DNA from: Eledone cirrhosa
Lineage: Eukaryota
Length of the DNA: 64,000 nucleotides
Assembly: GCA_964016885.1 (NCBI GenBank)
Contig: OZ024746.1
Span: 930,001-994,000, forward strand
Direction: 5' to 3'
Below are positions 1 to 13,768 of this stretch, piece by piece. Every line of letters begins with the position of its first letter. Position 1 is the stretch's first letter. The notes under the pieces are model-generated. The model saw only the letters and a list, made by a program, of their open reading frames with translations. It did no database searches and was not told where the DNA came from. The position numbers and the translations under genes were made by a program.

Positions 1-474
1 TGTATATGTGTATATATATATATATATGTATATGTGTATATATATATATATGTATATGTGTGTATATATATATATGTATATGTGTGTATATATATATATG
101 TATATGTGTGTATATATATATATGTATATGTGTGTATATATATATATGTATATGTGTGTATATATATGTATATGTGTGTATATATATATATGTATATGTG
201 TATATATATATATGTATATGTGTGTATATATATATATGTATATGTGTGTATATATATATATGTGTATATATATATATGTATATGTGTATATATATATATA
301 TATGTATATGTGTATATATATGTATATGTATATATATATATATGTGTATATATATGTGTATATATATATATCTGTATATGTGTATATATATATAAATGTA
401 TATGTGTATATATATATATGTATATGTGTATATATATATGTATATGTGAATATATATATGTATATGTGTATATC
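1..474. repeat. Degenerate (TA)n/(TATG)n microsatellite
   Basis: Alternating TA with interspersed TG; gives spurious YIYI ORFs. Confidence 0.98.
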
Positions 475-623
475 TGTTAGAACACGAAAAGTGTGAAACA
501 ACAGAATGTTCACTTTTCGTGTTCTAACATATATGCCTAGCTTCTTCATAAATTTTTCGGGAATAGCCGTGGTGGTGGTGATCGTATGTCATTGGCTAAT
601 TTTCAACCAATCAGAGTAAGTGT

Positions 624-735
<112 letters not shown>

Positions 736-736
736 T

Positions 737-1030
737 ATTGCCCCTCTCTCTATATATATCTTACGCTTTCGCTTTACACTTCTCCCCTTCAATAACACAT
801 TTCCCCCTCTCTATATATCTCTTCCACTGTTACTTACGCCTGTTTCTCTCTATCTGTTCCGTCTCTATATATATCTCTCTTACTCTTTCGCTTTGCACTC
901 CTCCCCTTCAATACCATCTCTCCCCCTCTCTATATATTTGTTACTCTATCGCTGCACGCTCCTCTCCTTCAATATATCAATTACACACGCTTTACACTTC
1001 TTTATCCCCAGCGCCCCTATATACACCCCC
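737..1030. repeat. Degenerate ~60-bp pyrimidine-rich tandem repeat
   Basis: Recurring ccctctctatatat...tttcgcttt(a/g)cact...ccccttcaata. Confidence 0.55.
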
Positions 1031-1199
1031 CCCCCTCCCGCATCTATATTTTAATGTTCCGTTGCACCGTGAATATATGTGTCTATATATATATATACAT
1101 ATATATTGTATATACACATTCATGTATGTGTATACACACTCATGTATGTATATACACTGGTTTTATGTGTGTATTGTAAATTTGTACTGTTAAAACACG

Positions 1200-1294
1200 A
1201 AACTAACATTCGATTGACACTTTGATTACCTGTACAGGCAATAGTTATTAGAATGCTGTTGAAGTGTGTATATATTTTTGGGGGACATCCTGTA
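1200..1294 (-). mobile_element. Tc1/mariner-like terminal fragment
   Basis: Minus strand reads TA|CAGGATGTCCCCCAAAAATATATACACACTT, resembling mariner-type TIRs next to a TA target; partner TIR not seen. Confidence 0.45.
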
Positions 1295-1408
1295 TATACA
1301 CACATTATATATAATACAATAAACAGATAAATACACACATATATATATGAGCTTATTTAATTATAAATATTGTGAATTTTTAACTCAGTTCAATTATATA
1401 TATAAATG

Positions 1409-1451
1409 GCTTCTACAGGACTAGAACTGTTTCATTCGAAAGAAATCATCA
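1409..1451 (-). ncRNA. Truncated hammerhead ribozyme motif (family A)
   Basis: Minus: (a)TGATGA-tTTCtttcGAAt-GAAACAGttctagtcCTGTA-gaagc; near-identical to 14857/16506/22209 copies but C3 and the 5' strand of stem I are lost. Confidence 0.6.
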
Positions 1452-1654
1452 TAATATTGAGACGGGGGACTAGATAAAATATTTCAAATCAAATGTGTAT
1501 AAGTTATAAGTTAAAATGTATAAATAGAGACGATAGTGGAGGTATATCTGTTTAGTGGAACAGTAGACGATAGAATTAAATACAGACGAGAATCTCCCTT
1601 TAATGAAACAGCAGACGATAGAATTAAGGCAATTTAAATTTTAAGCATTTGCAT

Positions 1655-1710
1655 TTTTGCCTTTCATCGTTACGGGGTCGATAAAATAAAGTACCAGTAA
1701 TACACTGTCA
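1655..1710 (+). mobile_element. SINE central-domain fragment
   Basis: tttgcctttcatcgttacggggtcgataaaataaagtaccagtaa matches the fuller copy at 48180-48375. Confidence 0.7.
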
Positions 1711-2072
1711 CTATAAGTAGACGACTTTCAAATTGAATTGTTGGTTCCATTTCTTTAGTATTTTCAATTGTAGTTATCTACTTAAAAAGCGTTACACGGT
1801 TAGAGACATAATTGGTAAGTTATATCTTCCCTATTAAACCATTGCATTATTTCGCCTACAATAGAATAAAAATGAAATGTTCTTTAAAGAAACAGGAATA
1901 TAACTTTATAAAAAAAAAAGTTGCATCCGCTTCTTTTATCATTGATAATTTTTTCGTTTTAATATTAATTGTTTTTTGTAGTTGTTTATATTAAAAATCT
2001 TACTGTAATATTTACTTAAACGAAGGCAGACATCTAAACTTATAGATTAATCTTGAGCGAAGGACTAGATAA

Positions 2073-2111
<39 letters not shown>

Positions 2112-2609
2112 AACGAAGAATGATAAAATTTCAAGCAAAGAGTTTAATTAGGTAATGACTTACAAATTTGTTTCAGTATATAGACAAAGCCTGAAGCGCT
2201 AATTATAATAATTAGTTAATAATATTACAAAATATATTAATATTATATTAAATATATACTGAAACAAATTTGTTTAGCAGAAAGTTTCCAGACAAGAAAC
2301 ACGCATATTTTGCTATCCTCAAACACGTTTACACATGGCATGAAATATAACTAATCCGAGATGGCTAGGTTTCATCTTCTAACTGGATAAACGAAATCCA
2401 TTATGTCTTGACAACAACATGAGGTAACATTATGTTATTCACAGACACACTTTGTACACTGTTCCATATCAGAATGTATTTCCTTCGTCACATTCACAAA
2501 CAGTATTGAAAATATGTTCTTCGGCAAATAAAAATGTTTTGTTCATAATATTTCAACTAGCGATTGCTCTACTCCACGCACGACCACCATAAATTAATGA
2601 CCAGCTCAA

Positions 2610-2790
2610 CACAAGTATTGGTAGAGCGTCAGACACCATGCTTTGCAGTATTGTTATGGTCCTTTGCATTCTAAGTTCAAATCCTGCCGAGGTTAACTTC
2701 GACTTTCATACTTACTAATTCGATAAAATAAAGTACCAGTAATGGACTGCCGTAATGGATTTGTGCCGAAAAATAGAAACACTATTAATG
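2610..2790 (+). mobile_element. tRNA-derived SINE copy
   Basis: B-box-like agttcaaatcc, then gccgaggttaactt...gataaaataaagtaccag shared with 48180-48375. Confidence 0.75.
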
Positions 2791-3337
2791 TGCAATAAGA
2801 GCAAAATATAACGACATTCCTCAATTATTTTATCTAATGTTGTAATAACACAAGGAAATGTTGTTTGTGTATTTTTTTTTATATTTGCTCATAGGCTTTC
2901 ACAATTTCGCTCAGCCAACAACTATTAAAAAGTGAGTTGCTTAAGATAACAATTTAATCACAAATTGTTGCTATCTTTTAATACACACCAACAAGTCATC
3001 AAATTATGTACAATAAAAACAAATCTTATTAATTTGCTCAGGGAATATAAAGAAAATGTATATACACTGATAATTGCAATTGTATGTAAATATTTTGTAT
3101 TTGTATTGTTTATTTTATGTCTTCTATTATGTATAATATATTGATTTAATATTGATTGTTTTTTGTAGTTGTTTATATTAAAAGTCTGAAAATATTTTTA
3201 TACATCTTACACTAATATTTATAAGATAATTTATAATAACAATTACATAATCTAATTACATTACAACGATAATTTATTATTAATATATATCCTGTTTAAC
3301 TAGAGTTATTACAAGCGTTGCCTTAAAAAAATATTAA

Positions 3338-4294
3338 ACTAGACATGAAAAATGCGCAAGCTCAAAAGTGCCACAGAATGTTATAATAAACCTTCAAAAG
3401 TGTGGGACTAGAGTTGTTGCTAAAAAATATTGTAATCATTATATATCGTACATTCTATGGCATCCTTTATAAAAATAGCTTAAACCAACGAAGCCTTTAT
3501 TTTTACGCTATTTCACTTAGTTAATTCTTAGAGTGTAACATATAAAAATAAATACATCTATGTTTAATGTAATAACAGCTATAAATAATTACGTAATATT
3601 ATTATCATATACTCATAGTAACAAAATAATTGTGTTGAAAATTAATATGATGCTTATATGAACGATCAAATCTATAATGATAATTTCTTAAATATACTAA
3701 TAGTAAAATAATTTAGTTATCTATTGTTACATTTTCATAGAACTATAATATTAACAATCGTATTGCATTATCAAATTTTTATCACTACAAACTTTCATAT
3801 TGGAATTACCTTAAGCCACTTATTATTACTTCGCTTTCGTACTTTTACAGCTGTAGATATTGCGCTGTATCTTATATCTAATATCAATATCTCATGGTAA
3901 TTTGCATGCAGTGTAAAATAGGTTTATTAATAACTTTAATATGAAATGTATTATACAGGGCTGCGGAGTCGGCTAAAAATTGACTGGCTCCAACTCAGGA
4001 TCCGATACTCTATTATTTCCTAAATTTCAGCTCCGCAGCTCTGTTATTATATTAATTAATTTATTTTATAGTTGTAAATCATATTTTTATATGTTACACT
4101 CTAAGAATTAACTAAGTGAAATAGCGTAAAAATAAAGGCTTCGTTGGTTTAAGCTATTTTTATAAAGGATGCCACAGGATGTACGATATATAATGATTAC
4201 AATATTTTTTAGCAACAACTCTAGTCCCACACTTTTGAAGGTTTATTATAACATTCTGTGGCACTTTTGAGCTTGCGCATTTTTCATGTCTAGT
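3338..4294. mobile_element. Non-autonomous element with ~213-bp terminal inverted repeats (MITE/fold-back)
   Basis: 3338-3550 is the near-perfect reverse complement of 4082-4294; termini ACTAGACATG...CATGTCTAGT. Confidence 0.85.
3956..4043. mobile_element. Tiny hAT-like MITE nested in the long-TIR element
   Basis: TIRs CAGGGCTGCGGAG / CTCCGCAGCTCTG; 8-bp flanks gtattata / ttattata (7/8 match) fit an hAT-type TSD. Confidence 0.65.
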
Positions 4295-4527
4295 ATATAT
4301 ATGTATATATATATATATGTATATGTGTATATATATATATGTATATATATATATGTATATATATATATATGTATATGTGTATATATATATATGTATATAT
4401 ATATATGTATATGTGTATATATATATGTATATGTGTATATATATATGTATATGTGTGTATATATATGTGTATGTGTATATATATGTGTATATGTATATAT
4501 ATGTGTATATGTATATATATATGTGTA

Positions 4528-4558
<31 letters not shown>

Positions 4559-4707
4559 ATATACATGTATATATGTATATATACATATATATATATGTAT
4601 ATATATATATACATATATATATATGTATATATATATATACATATATATATATGTATATATATATACATATATATATATGTATATATATATATACATATAT
4701 ATATATG

Positions 4708-4738
<31 letters not shown>

Positions 4739-4877
4739 GTGTATATGTATATATATGTATATGTATATATATGTATATATGTATGTATATATATGTATAT
4801 GTATGTATATGTATATATATGTATGTATATGTATATGTATATATATATATATGTATGTGTATATATATATATATATG

Positions 4878-4934
<57 letters not shown>

Positions 4935-5128
4935 ATGTATATATATATATGTATGTATATGTATATATATATGTATGTATATATGTATGTATATGTATAT
5001 ATATATATATGTATATATGTATGTATATGTATATATATATATATGTATGTATATATATGTATATATATATATATGTATGTATATATGTATATATATATAT
5101 ATGTATGTATATATGTATGTATATGTAT

Positions 5129-5164
<36 letters not shown>

Positions 5165-5176
5165 GTATGTATATGT

Positions 5177-5212
<36 letters not shown>

Positions 5213-5493
5213 GTATGTATATGTATGTATATATAAGTATGTATATGTAAGTATATGTATATATATATATATGTATGTATATGTATATATATATGTATGT
5301 ATATGTATATATATATGTATGTATATGTATATATATATGTATGTATATGTATATATATATGTATGTATATGTATATATATATGTATGTATATGTATATAT
5401 ATATGTATGTATATGTATATATATATGTATGTATATGTATATATGTATGTATATGTATATATATATATGTATGTATATGTATATATATATATG

Positions 5494-5559
<66 letters not shown>
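4295..5559. repeat. Degenerate (TA)n/(TATG)n microsatellite
   Basis: Low-complexity tract. Confidence 0.98.
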
Positions 5560-5560
<1 letters not shown>

Positions 5561-5562
<2 letters not shown>

Positions 5563-7405
5563 AATAATTATCAAAAAAATTTTGGATAGAGTCATCCCAC
5601 AAATAAGAAAACATGTTAATTTACCACTCTGGGAAAACACTTCCCAGGTAATTAACTGGTTTAAAAATATTAGATGTAAATCTTCTGCTTCATTTCTACA
5701 ATTTGATATAGATAATTACTATTCGTCTATATCACCTATACTCCTGAACAAAGCTTTGATATTTGCTAAAAATAGATCTAATTTAACTTTGGATGACATT
5801 AATATTATTACACATGCTAGACTAACACTTATTGAATTTCAGAATGAATACTGGACCAGAAACACATATAGTAATCTATTTGATATTACTATGGTTTCAA
5901 GCGATTCTGCCCAAATTACTGATCTTGTGGGCCTCTTTCTTCTTTTTAACATAAATGCTTCCTTTCCCCACCTTAAAGGTGGTTTATATCGTGATGACTG
6001 TCTTCTTCTTTCCAACAACCTTAGCCTCTCAGAAATAGAAAAAAACAAAAAGCTTATTAGAACTTTCCTTAAAGACTATTATAGTCTTCATATTACTTTT
6101 GAAAACACAAGTAAAGTAGTTAATTTCTTAGATATAACTTTAGACTTAGCTACGGGTATCTACCAACCTTACCATAAACCCAACCAAAACTTACACTACA
6201 TACACTCACAATCTAATCACCCTAAATCTATCCTTAAAAACCTTGCATATAATATATCACTTAGAATTTCTAACCTTTCGTCTAACCAAGATGTATTTGA
6301 TAAAAATGCGACCTTCTATAACGAAGCTCTAGATAGAAGTGGCCACAAAAATAGATTGGAATATATACCTTCTACTAAAAACACTATAAACATACAACCT
6401 AATATTACCAACAAACACCAAATGAAAAGTACACACCTAAATGCCACTCACACTATACCCCAAAATACCAACATAAAACCAATTTTCTCTAACTCCTCTA
6501 ATATAAAGTATAGTAACTCTCAAAAAACTACTCATCATACAACTCTAATAAATGTTAATAATAAAACTCCTAATAAACAAGATAAAACACCTAAATCAAT
6601 AAATCTAACTAAAAATGTGCGTGGTGAGGTCATTAACATTAATCCTCCTAGTAAACATCACGATGCAACCTATAAAAATAATAAACAACATAGAAACCGT
6701 AATAGACGAGTTACTTGGTATAATGCTCCATTTAATTTACAAATTAAGGATAATATTGCTAAAAATTTTTTTAATATCCTAGAGAAAAACTTCCCGCCAA
6801 ACCACAAATACCATCAAATCTTAAATAGATCAACAGTTAAATTCTCATACTCAACAACCAAAAACATAAAACAAAATATAAGTGCCTATAATGCATATAA
6901 ATGTAAAAAAACCATAAGTATACCACCAATACATCAAACTAACCATAATATCTCCTCAAATACAGAATTAACGAAAGGTTGTAACTGTAGAAACAAAGCA
7001 AACTGCCCATTAAAAGGAAATTGTCTTGTTAACAACATAGTTTATAAATGTAAAGTTAAAACTAAAGATTCTATTTGCTCATATATAGGAGCTACTTCTA
7101 ACAATTTTAAGGTAAGGTTTAATACCCACAAACATAGTTTTAAAAATGCCGCACTGGCTAATACAACATCTCTAGCAGAAAAAATTAATAGTTATAGAAA
7201 TAAGAATATAGAATATGATATGACCTGGAGTGTGCTCAAAAGAGCCACCCCTTATCAAAATAATAGAAATGAATGTAGATTGTGTTCCCAAGAACTATTT
7301 GAAATAATGAAATCTAAGGATATCCTATTAAATAAGCGACAGGAATTAATTATATCGTGTAATCATAAACTGAGAAAAACATTTAAATATTATAAACCTA
7401 ATTAA
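5561..7405 (+). CDS. PLE reverse transcriptase + GIY-YIG endonuclease, 5'-truncated (Naiad-like)
   Basis: [13 protein letters not shown]; [22 protein letters not shown]; GLYRDD; [10 protein letters not shown]; YHKPN...SNHP; [16 protein letters not shown]; IVY...YIGAT...RFNTH; CRLCSQE...LNKRQE...CNH. The track's N-terminal YI repeats are microsatellite. Confidence 0.9.
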
Positions 7406-8270
7406 TAATATATATTTTAGAAATTAATATATAATTTAATTTAAATGTAGTTAACCTATAATTTTAATTTAATTAAAATTCTACTACAGATGAAATTAAA
7501 AAATATTGTGTAATCATAAATTGTGAAAAACTTTTAAATATTTTTAACATAATTAATATATACTTTGGAAATTAATTTATAGATTAATTTTAGTTTATTT
7601 AACCTTTTATTAAAATTCTTTTACAGATGAAATATAACAAAATATCGTGTAATCAATAACAGAGAAATACTTTTTAATATTATAAACCTAATTAATGTAC
7701 AATTTAGAAATTAATTTATAAATTAATTTTAATTTAGTTAACCTATAATTTTAATTTAGTTAGCTTAAAATTAAAATTCTAATACAGATGGATTGCAGAA
7801 TATCATGTAATCAAAAACTTTTAAATATATACCTAATTAATATATTCTTTACAAATAAATATATAGATTAATTTTAATTTTTGTTAACCTATAATTATAT
7901 TCTACTATAGATAAAATACAAAATATGCTTTAATTATTATAAACCTAATTAACATATACTATAGAAATTAATATATAACTTTTAGTTTAGTTAACCTATA
8001 ATTAATATTCTACTACCGATGAAATACTTGATTTGGCTTTCCCTATTACTAAATTCATTTCCTAAAATTGATACCATAATGTTAATATTTTTAATTTAGT
8101 TATGCTATAATTAATACTCTACTACTGTTTAACTTCAAAATTCCGCTTTAAATATTATAAACCTAAGTAGTATATACCTTAGAAATTAATATATTAACTA
8201 TTTTTACTTTAATTAACCTATAATTAATAGTCTACTTATATTAAAATGTATAATTTTGCCTTCTTTCTTA
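7350..8270 (+). repeat. Degenerate AT-rich tandem repeats (~100-150 bp units) derived from the PLE ORF end/3' UTR
   Basis: Recurring tgtaatc...aaacctaattaa...agaaattaat...gttaacctataatt...ttctactacagatgaaat. Confidence 0.75.
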
Positions 8271-8647
8271 CATTTCCTAATACTGAAACTACTATGTAAA
8301 CACATATTATGATCTAATTGCAGATTAATATTCTATGTTCCTTGAAACCTATATTTATGTATGTCTGAGTTGTGTGTGAGCGTGTGGTTGTGTGTATATA
8401 TATACATGGATATATGTGTGTGTATGTATATATACGTATATGTATGTGTGTGTGTGTATATATATGTGTGTGTATATATATGTGTGCATATATATATGTA
8501 TATATATGTGTATATATATATATATATATGTATGTGTATGTATGTGTGTATGTGTGTGTACATATATGTATATATATGTGTGTTGTGAGTATGTGTGTAT
8601 ATATATGTGTGTGTGTATGTGTATATGTATGTATATATATATGTATG

Positions 8648-8729
<82 letters not shown>

Positions 8730-9336
8730 TGTATTTTATGTATGAGTATATGTTTTACTTGTTTATTTCTTTTAATATATTTCTTTTTATTTCTAAATTT
8801 ATAGATACATTTTTATAAATAGGCTGTTGTCTGACACCCTCTGTAATTACTTACTCCCTTACCTATTTTTAGTTCTGCATCTAGATGTAAGTGTATGTGG
8901 CCGTGTTTATGTGTGCGCCTCAATATCCATATAGTTATAATAATAATATATACGTGTGTGTGTGTGTGTATATGTGTATGTGTGTGTTCGTGGGTATGTG
9001 TATGTTTATGTGTATATGTGTGTGTGTGTATGAATGTATGTATATGTGTGTATATATGAGTGTATATATGTATGTATACGTATGTGTATTTTGTCTGTGG
9101 ATTATAAACATACAGAGACATTAGCCCTGAATTTTTGTATTTACATACATTTTTTCGACATGCGCATGCATGTGAACATACATTTTTATGCATATCTGTG
9201 AACGAAGTTACTTACATATATACACACACCTAACTGTATTTTCTTGATATATTTTTATGTATTTCATTGGTCTATTTAAAATCTGTTCCCAAACAGACCT
9301 GTAATTTTGAATTGTTGTTATTATCAATAAATATAC

Positions 9337-9489
9337 TTCATTATTTCTGAAGACGGCATATGTATGTGTTGGTATGTATATTCTATTTGATAGTTTGTAT
9401 AATTTTGTATAATTTTGTACATAGATCTTTTGAATATGAATGCCAATTCTAACACATATATGTCCTAGAAACGATCGTTAAATAATGAA
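9337..9489 (+). ncRNA. Type I hammerhead ribozyme with ~114-nt stem II
   Basis: Stem I TTCATTATTT/AAATAATGAA (10 bp); CTGAAGA 9347-9353; long stem II; GAAAC-GATC-GT-T; palindrome AACGATCGTT; predicted cut after 9479. Confidence 0.85.
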
Positions 9490-9685
9490 CTTTTTTTGTT
9501 TAATATAAGGAACTGTTTCATTGTTTTATTCATTATTTTTTTAATATTTTATCTTGACTCTGTATTCCGTTTATCTTTCACCGAAAGTGATTTTTGAATG
9601 CATCTCTTCTTTCCATGATATCCGGATTACATTGAGTTCTTCATACGGATTGGACACTACCGTAAACTTTTGGTAGATTTATCTA

Positions 9686-9686
9686 C

Positions 9687-9719
<33 letters not shown>

Positions 9720-10459
9720 TATGTATGTATATATATATATATGTATATATGTATATATATGTATATATGTATGTATATGTATATATATGTATATATATAT
9801 GCATGTATATGTATATATATGTATATATATATGTATATATGTATGTATATGTATATATATGTATATATATATGTATATATGTATATATATGTATATATGT
9901 ATATATGTATGTATATGTATATATATGTATGTATATGTATATATATGTATATATATGTATATATGTATGTATATGTATATATGTATGTATATGTATATAT
10001 ATGTATATATATGTATATATATATATGTATATATGTGTATATATGTGTATATATGTGTATATATATGTATATATATGTGTATATATGTGTATATATATGT
10101 ATATATATGTATATATATATGTATATATGTATGTATATGTATATATATGTATATATATATGTATATATGTATATATATGTATATATGTATGTATATATAT
10201 GTATATATGTATGTATATGTATATATATATGTATATGTATATATATGTATATATATGTATATATGTATGTATATGTATATATGTATGTATATGTATATAT
10301 ATGTATATATATATATGTATATATGTGTATATATGTGTATATATGTGTATATATATGTATATATATGTGTATATATATGTATATATATGTATATATATAT
10401 GTATATATATATATGTATATATGTGTATATATATATGTATATATATATATATATGTATA

Positions 10460-10514
<55 letters not shown>

Positions 10515-10669
10515 GTATATATATATATATGTATATATATGTATATATATATATATGTATATATATGTATATATATATATATATATGTATATATATGTAT
10601 ATATATATGTATATATATGTATATATATATGTATATATATGTATATATATATATATATGCATATATATG

Positions 10670-10701
<32 letters not shown>

Positions 10702-10877
10702 TATATGTATATATGTATATATGTATGTATATATGTATATATGTATATATATATGTATATATATATGTATATATGTATATATATATATATATGTATATAT
10801 ATATGTATATATATATGTATATATGTATATATATATGTATATATATATGTATATATATATGTATATATGTATATATG

Positions 10878-10908
<31 letters not shown>

Positions 10909-11025
10909 GTATATATGTATAGGTATATATGTATATATATATATGTATATATATATATGTATATGTATATATATATATATGTATATATATATGTATATAT
11001 GTATATATATGTATATGTATATATG

Positions 11026-11072
<47 letters not shown>

Positions 11073-11120
11073 GTATATATGTATGTATATGTATATATGT
11101 ATATATATATAGATATAGAT
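9686..11120. repeat. Degenerate (TA)n/(TATG)n microsatellite between two convergent PLEs
   Basis: Low-complexity tract. Confidence 0.98.
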
Positions 11121-11283
11121 AGGTAAATATACACGGGTGTGTATGATTGTGTATAGAAGATTATATTAATAAGAGGAATTCCAACTTTGTCTGATTTACT
11201 CGTTTTATTTACAATCCTTTAAAATATATATAATGGTATTATAATGAAATAGTATGATAGAATATTAAATTCTAAGTGTTAAT

Positions 11284-11322
11284 TGAACAAGTACTTTCAT
11301 GCTTTCGCAATCTTCAGGTTCA
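11284..11322 (-). ncRNA. Minimal type I hammerhead ribozyme
   Basis: Minus: TGAAC-CTGAAGA-tTGC-GAAA-GCAt-GAAA-GTAC-TT-GTTCA; 5-bp stem I, GNRA-capped stem II, palindrome AAGTACTT. Confidence 0.88.
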
Positions 11323-11384
11323 TGATATGTGGTGACAGTCGAGTTTGCAATTTTCAACTGTAATGAGATGGGTAAATTTCCTAC

Positions 11385-11530
11385 CTTTTATACATTTTAT
11401 ACAGAGAAAAGTGGCTCCAGAATGCAAAGCCCTGTAAACTGTATTTCGACCAATCAGTGTGTAGTTTCACTGAATTACTACAGCTGATTGGTTTAAGCGT
11501 CACGGCTGGTTGAGCATGCTAACGACCAAT
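11385..11530 (-). promoter_or_regulatory. Putative pLTR promoter (TATA + CCAAT boxes)
   Basis: Minus TATAAAAG at 11385-11392; CCAAT motifs at ~11450, ~11487, ~11526; upstream of the HHR. Confidence 0.4.
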
Positions 11531-11697
11531 AGTCATATCCAACGTATCAATTGTTTTGCTTTTTTGAAATGATGAAAATAGCATTTTCTATTAATCATCA
11601 CCATCAACATCACTTTTATTATTATTATTATTGTTGTTGTTGTTGTTGTTAGTGGTCGTGGTCATAGTGGTAGTAGAAGTAATACCCCTAGGCGTTA

Positions 11698-13768
11698 TTA
11701 TTGTTCATTTAGCTTGGGTTTGAATTTATCAATAAAATTCTTTTCTTTGATTTTTCTCTTGATTTCATTTGGGCTGTGTAATTTGTAGAATGGGAATATT
11801 ATAAATATTCCCTGACCACATGTTGCCAGGTGGCCGCTTAGGGGTATCTGACGGACATTTGGGTCTCTGATTTGTTGACGGTGTACCCGTGCACGTTCCG
11901 ATAGTGCATTTCCAGTTTGACCGACATATAGTTCTTCACAATTCGGGCATTTAATGCAGTAAATTAGATTTCTGCTTTTGCAGTTCATATTTGCATTTGT
12001 GAATATTTTTCCAGTTTTTGTTTTCATATATTGACCGGCGTGTATGGATTGACATGTGCCGCATCGATTATCATTGCATTTAGATACAGTGAATGATTGG
12101 TCTTTGTTGTTAAGGTCAAACTTTGCTTTTGTTAGCAATTGCTTCAAATTTTTTGGCTGTCTTTTACTAAGAGTCAAAGATCGATCTGTGATTAAGCCTT
12201 TTAATTCATTACTTTGAGCAATGATCGGTAGGTTTGCTTTGGCAGTGTTGAAGATATTCTGGTGACATGGGTTGTGTGTCATTATAAATGGTATGACCAG
12301 TTCTTGGTTTCTTCTTCTTTGGGTTGTTCTAAGTTGTTGTATAGGTATTTTTATAGCCCGCTGTATGCCATTTTCTATAAGTAGAGATGGGTATTTTTGT
12401 TTGAGCAAAAATTCTCTTAGTTCTGTTAGGCGTTTGTACCTGGTATTCGTATCTTCTACAATGGTACAAATTCTTCTGGCTAGGCAGTATGGGATGTTGC
12501 GTTTTGTATGAGGTGGATGGCACGACTTAAAATTCAGATATTGATGGGTGTCTGTGTGTTTATAATATATATCCGTGGTAATGGTGGTGTCGTTTTTGAT
12601 TATCATTATATCTAGGAATGGTAATTTGGTCCTACTCATCTCTTTTGTGAATTGGAGAGATGGGTGTAGGTTATTCAGGAGGATATTGAACTCATCCAGA
12701 GTATCTAGAGATTCTGTCCAGATGATGAAACAGTCGTCAAGGTATCTCTTCCAAGATTTTTCAATGTACTTTCTAAAGTCAGTACTATATTTTTCCTCTA
12801 TTTCTTGGTAGAGTTGTTGTTCTAAGTATCCCATTACAGAGTTCGCGTAAACGGGAGCAAACTTCGTTCCCATCGCTGTGCCTCTAATTTGGATGTAATT
12901 CTTTCCATTGAAGAAGAAAGTGTTGTTTTCCAGAATAAGTTTAACTGCGTCTAATATAAATGTCGCTGTGAATCTAATGGGAATCACTTCTCTATGTTTT
13001 TCCACCCAGTATTTAACCGCCTTTATTCCTAAATCATGTGTAATGTTGGTGTAAAGGCTTACCACATCAAAACTGAGTAGAAGTGAATTCGTTTCCGTGG
13101 TTTTGGGAAGATGGGACAGGAAGTCGATATCATCCCGGATGAAACTGGGTATGTGAATACATAGTGGTTTCAAAATAATGTCAACAAAATTGCTTAGACG
13201 GTGAGTGGGGCATGTTGGACCAGCTATAATAGGTCTAAGTTTTAAGTCTTTTGGGTGTAATAATTTAATGTACTCACTGTTTTGTTCTCTTACTGCCAGT
13301 TGTATTTCTTTTGACTTGTGAACTTTCGGTAGGCCATACAGGTTGCTGGGTTTCGGCTCAAAATTGGTGATGTAGTCTCTTTCCTTATCAGTAAATGAGT
13401 TGTGGTATTTTGAAGCCAGGTTGTTGATCTTCTTCATGATGTTGTGGTCTATATTTGACGGTATTTCATGATAGAATGTTGTGTCTTTCAGTTGTTCCTC
13501 AACCAAATCCTTGTAGTATTCAGTATCCATTATAACAACTGCACCCCCTTTATCTGCTTGTTTAATTATTATTGTTTTATCATTTTGTATACGTTTAAGT
13601 GCAGACATTTCTGATTTGTTAATGTTTGGCCTAACATTAGTATTACGTCTAAGAGGAAATTTAGACAGGATGTCAATGTATTGGTCGAGATAGATATTTC
13701 TTCCTTTTGGCGGAGTGAAATTTGATTTATTCTTTACTAGTGATTCATCACTCTCATTATTTTTATCA
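11698..13768 (-). CDS. PLE reverse transcriptase + Cys-rich linker + GIY-YIG endonuclease (Neptune-like)
   Basis: [12 protein letters not shown]; YGLPKVHK; LRPII; [11 protein letters not shown]; [14 protein letters not shown]; WKRYLDD; LPFLDI; CNDNRCGTC; [23 protein letters not shown]; no stops over ~690 codons. Confidence 0.93.

Larger units (their letters stand above)
5560..9685 (+). mobile_element. 5'-truncated Penelope-like element (Naiad-like) in (TA)n
   Basis: RT + GIY-YIG ORF, long 3' region with tandem repeats, HHR at 9337-9489, (TA)n on both flanks. Confidence 0.85.

Noticed and set aside
5561-7405. Selenoprotein-type Naiad (UGA recoding)
   Set aside because: The ORF has no in-frame TGA and the conserved Cys codons are TGT/TGC
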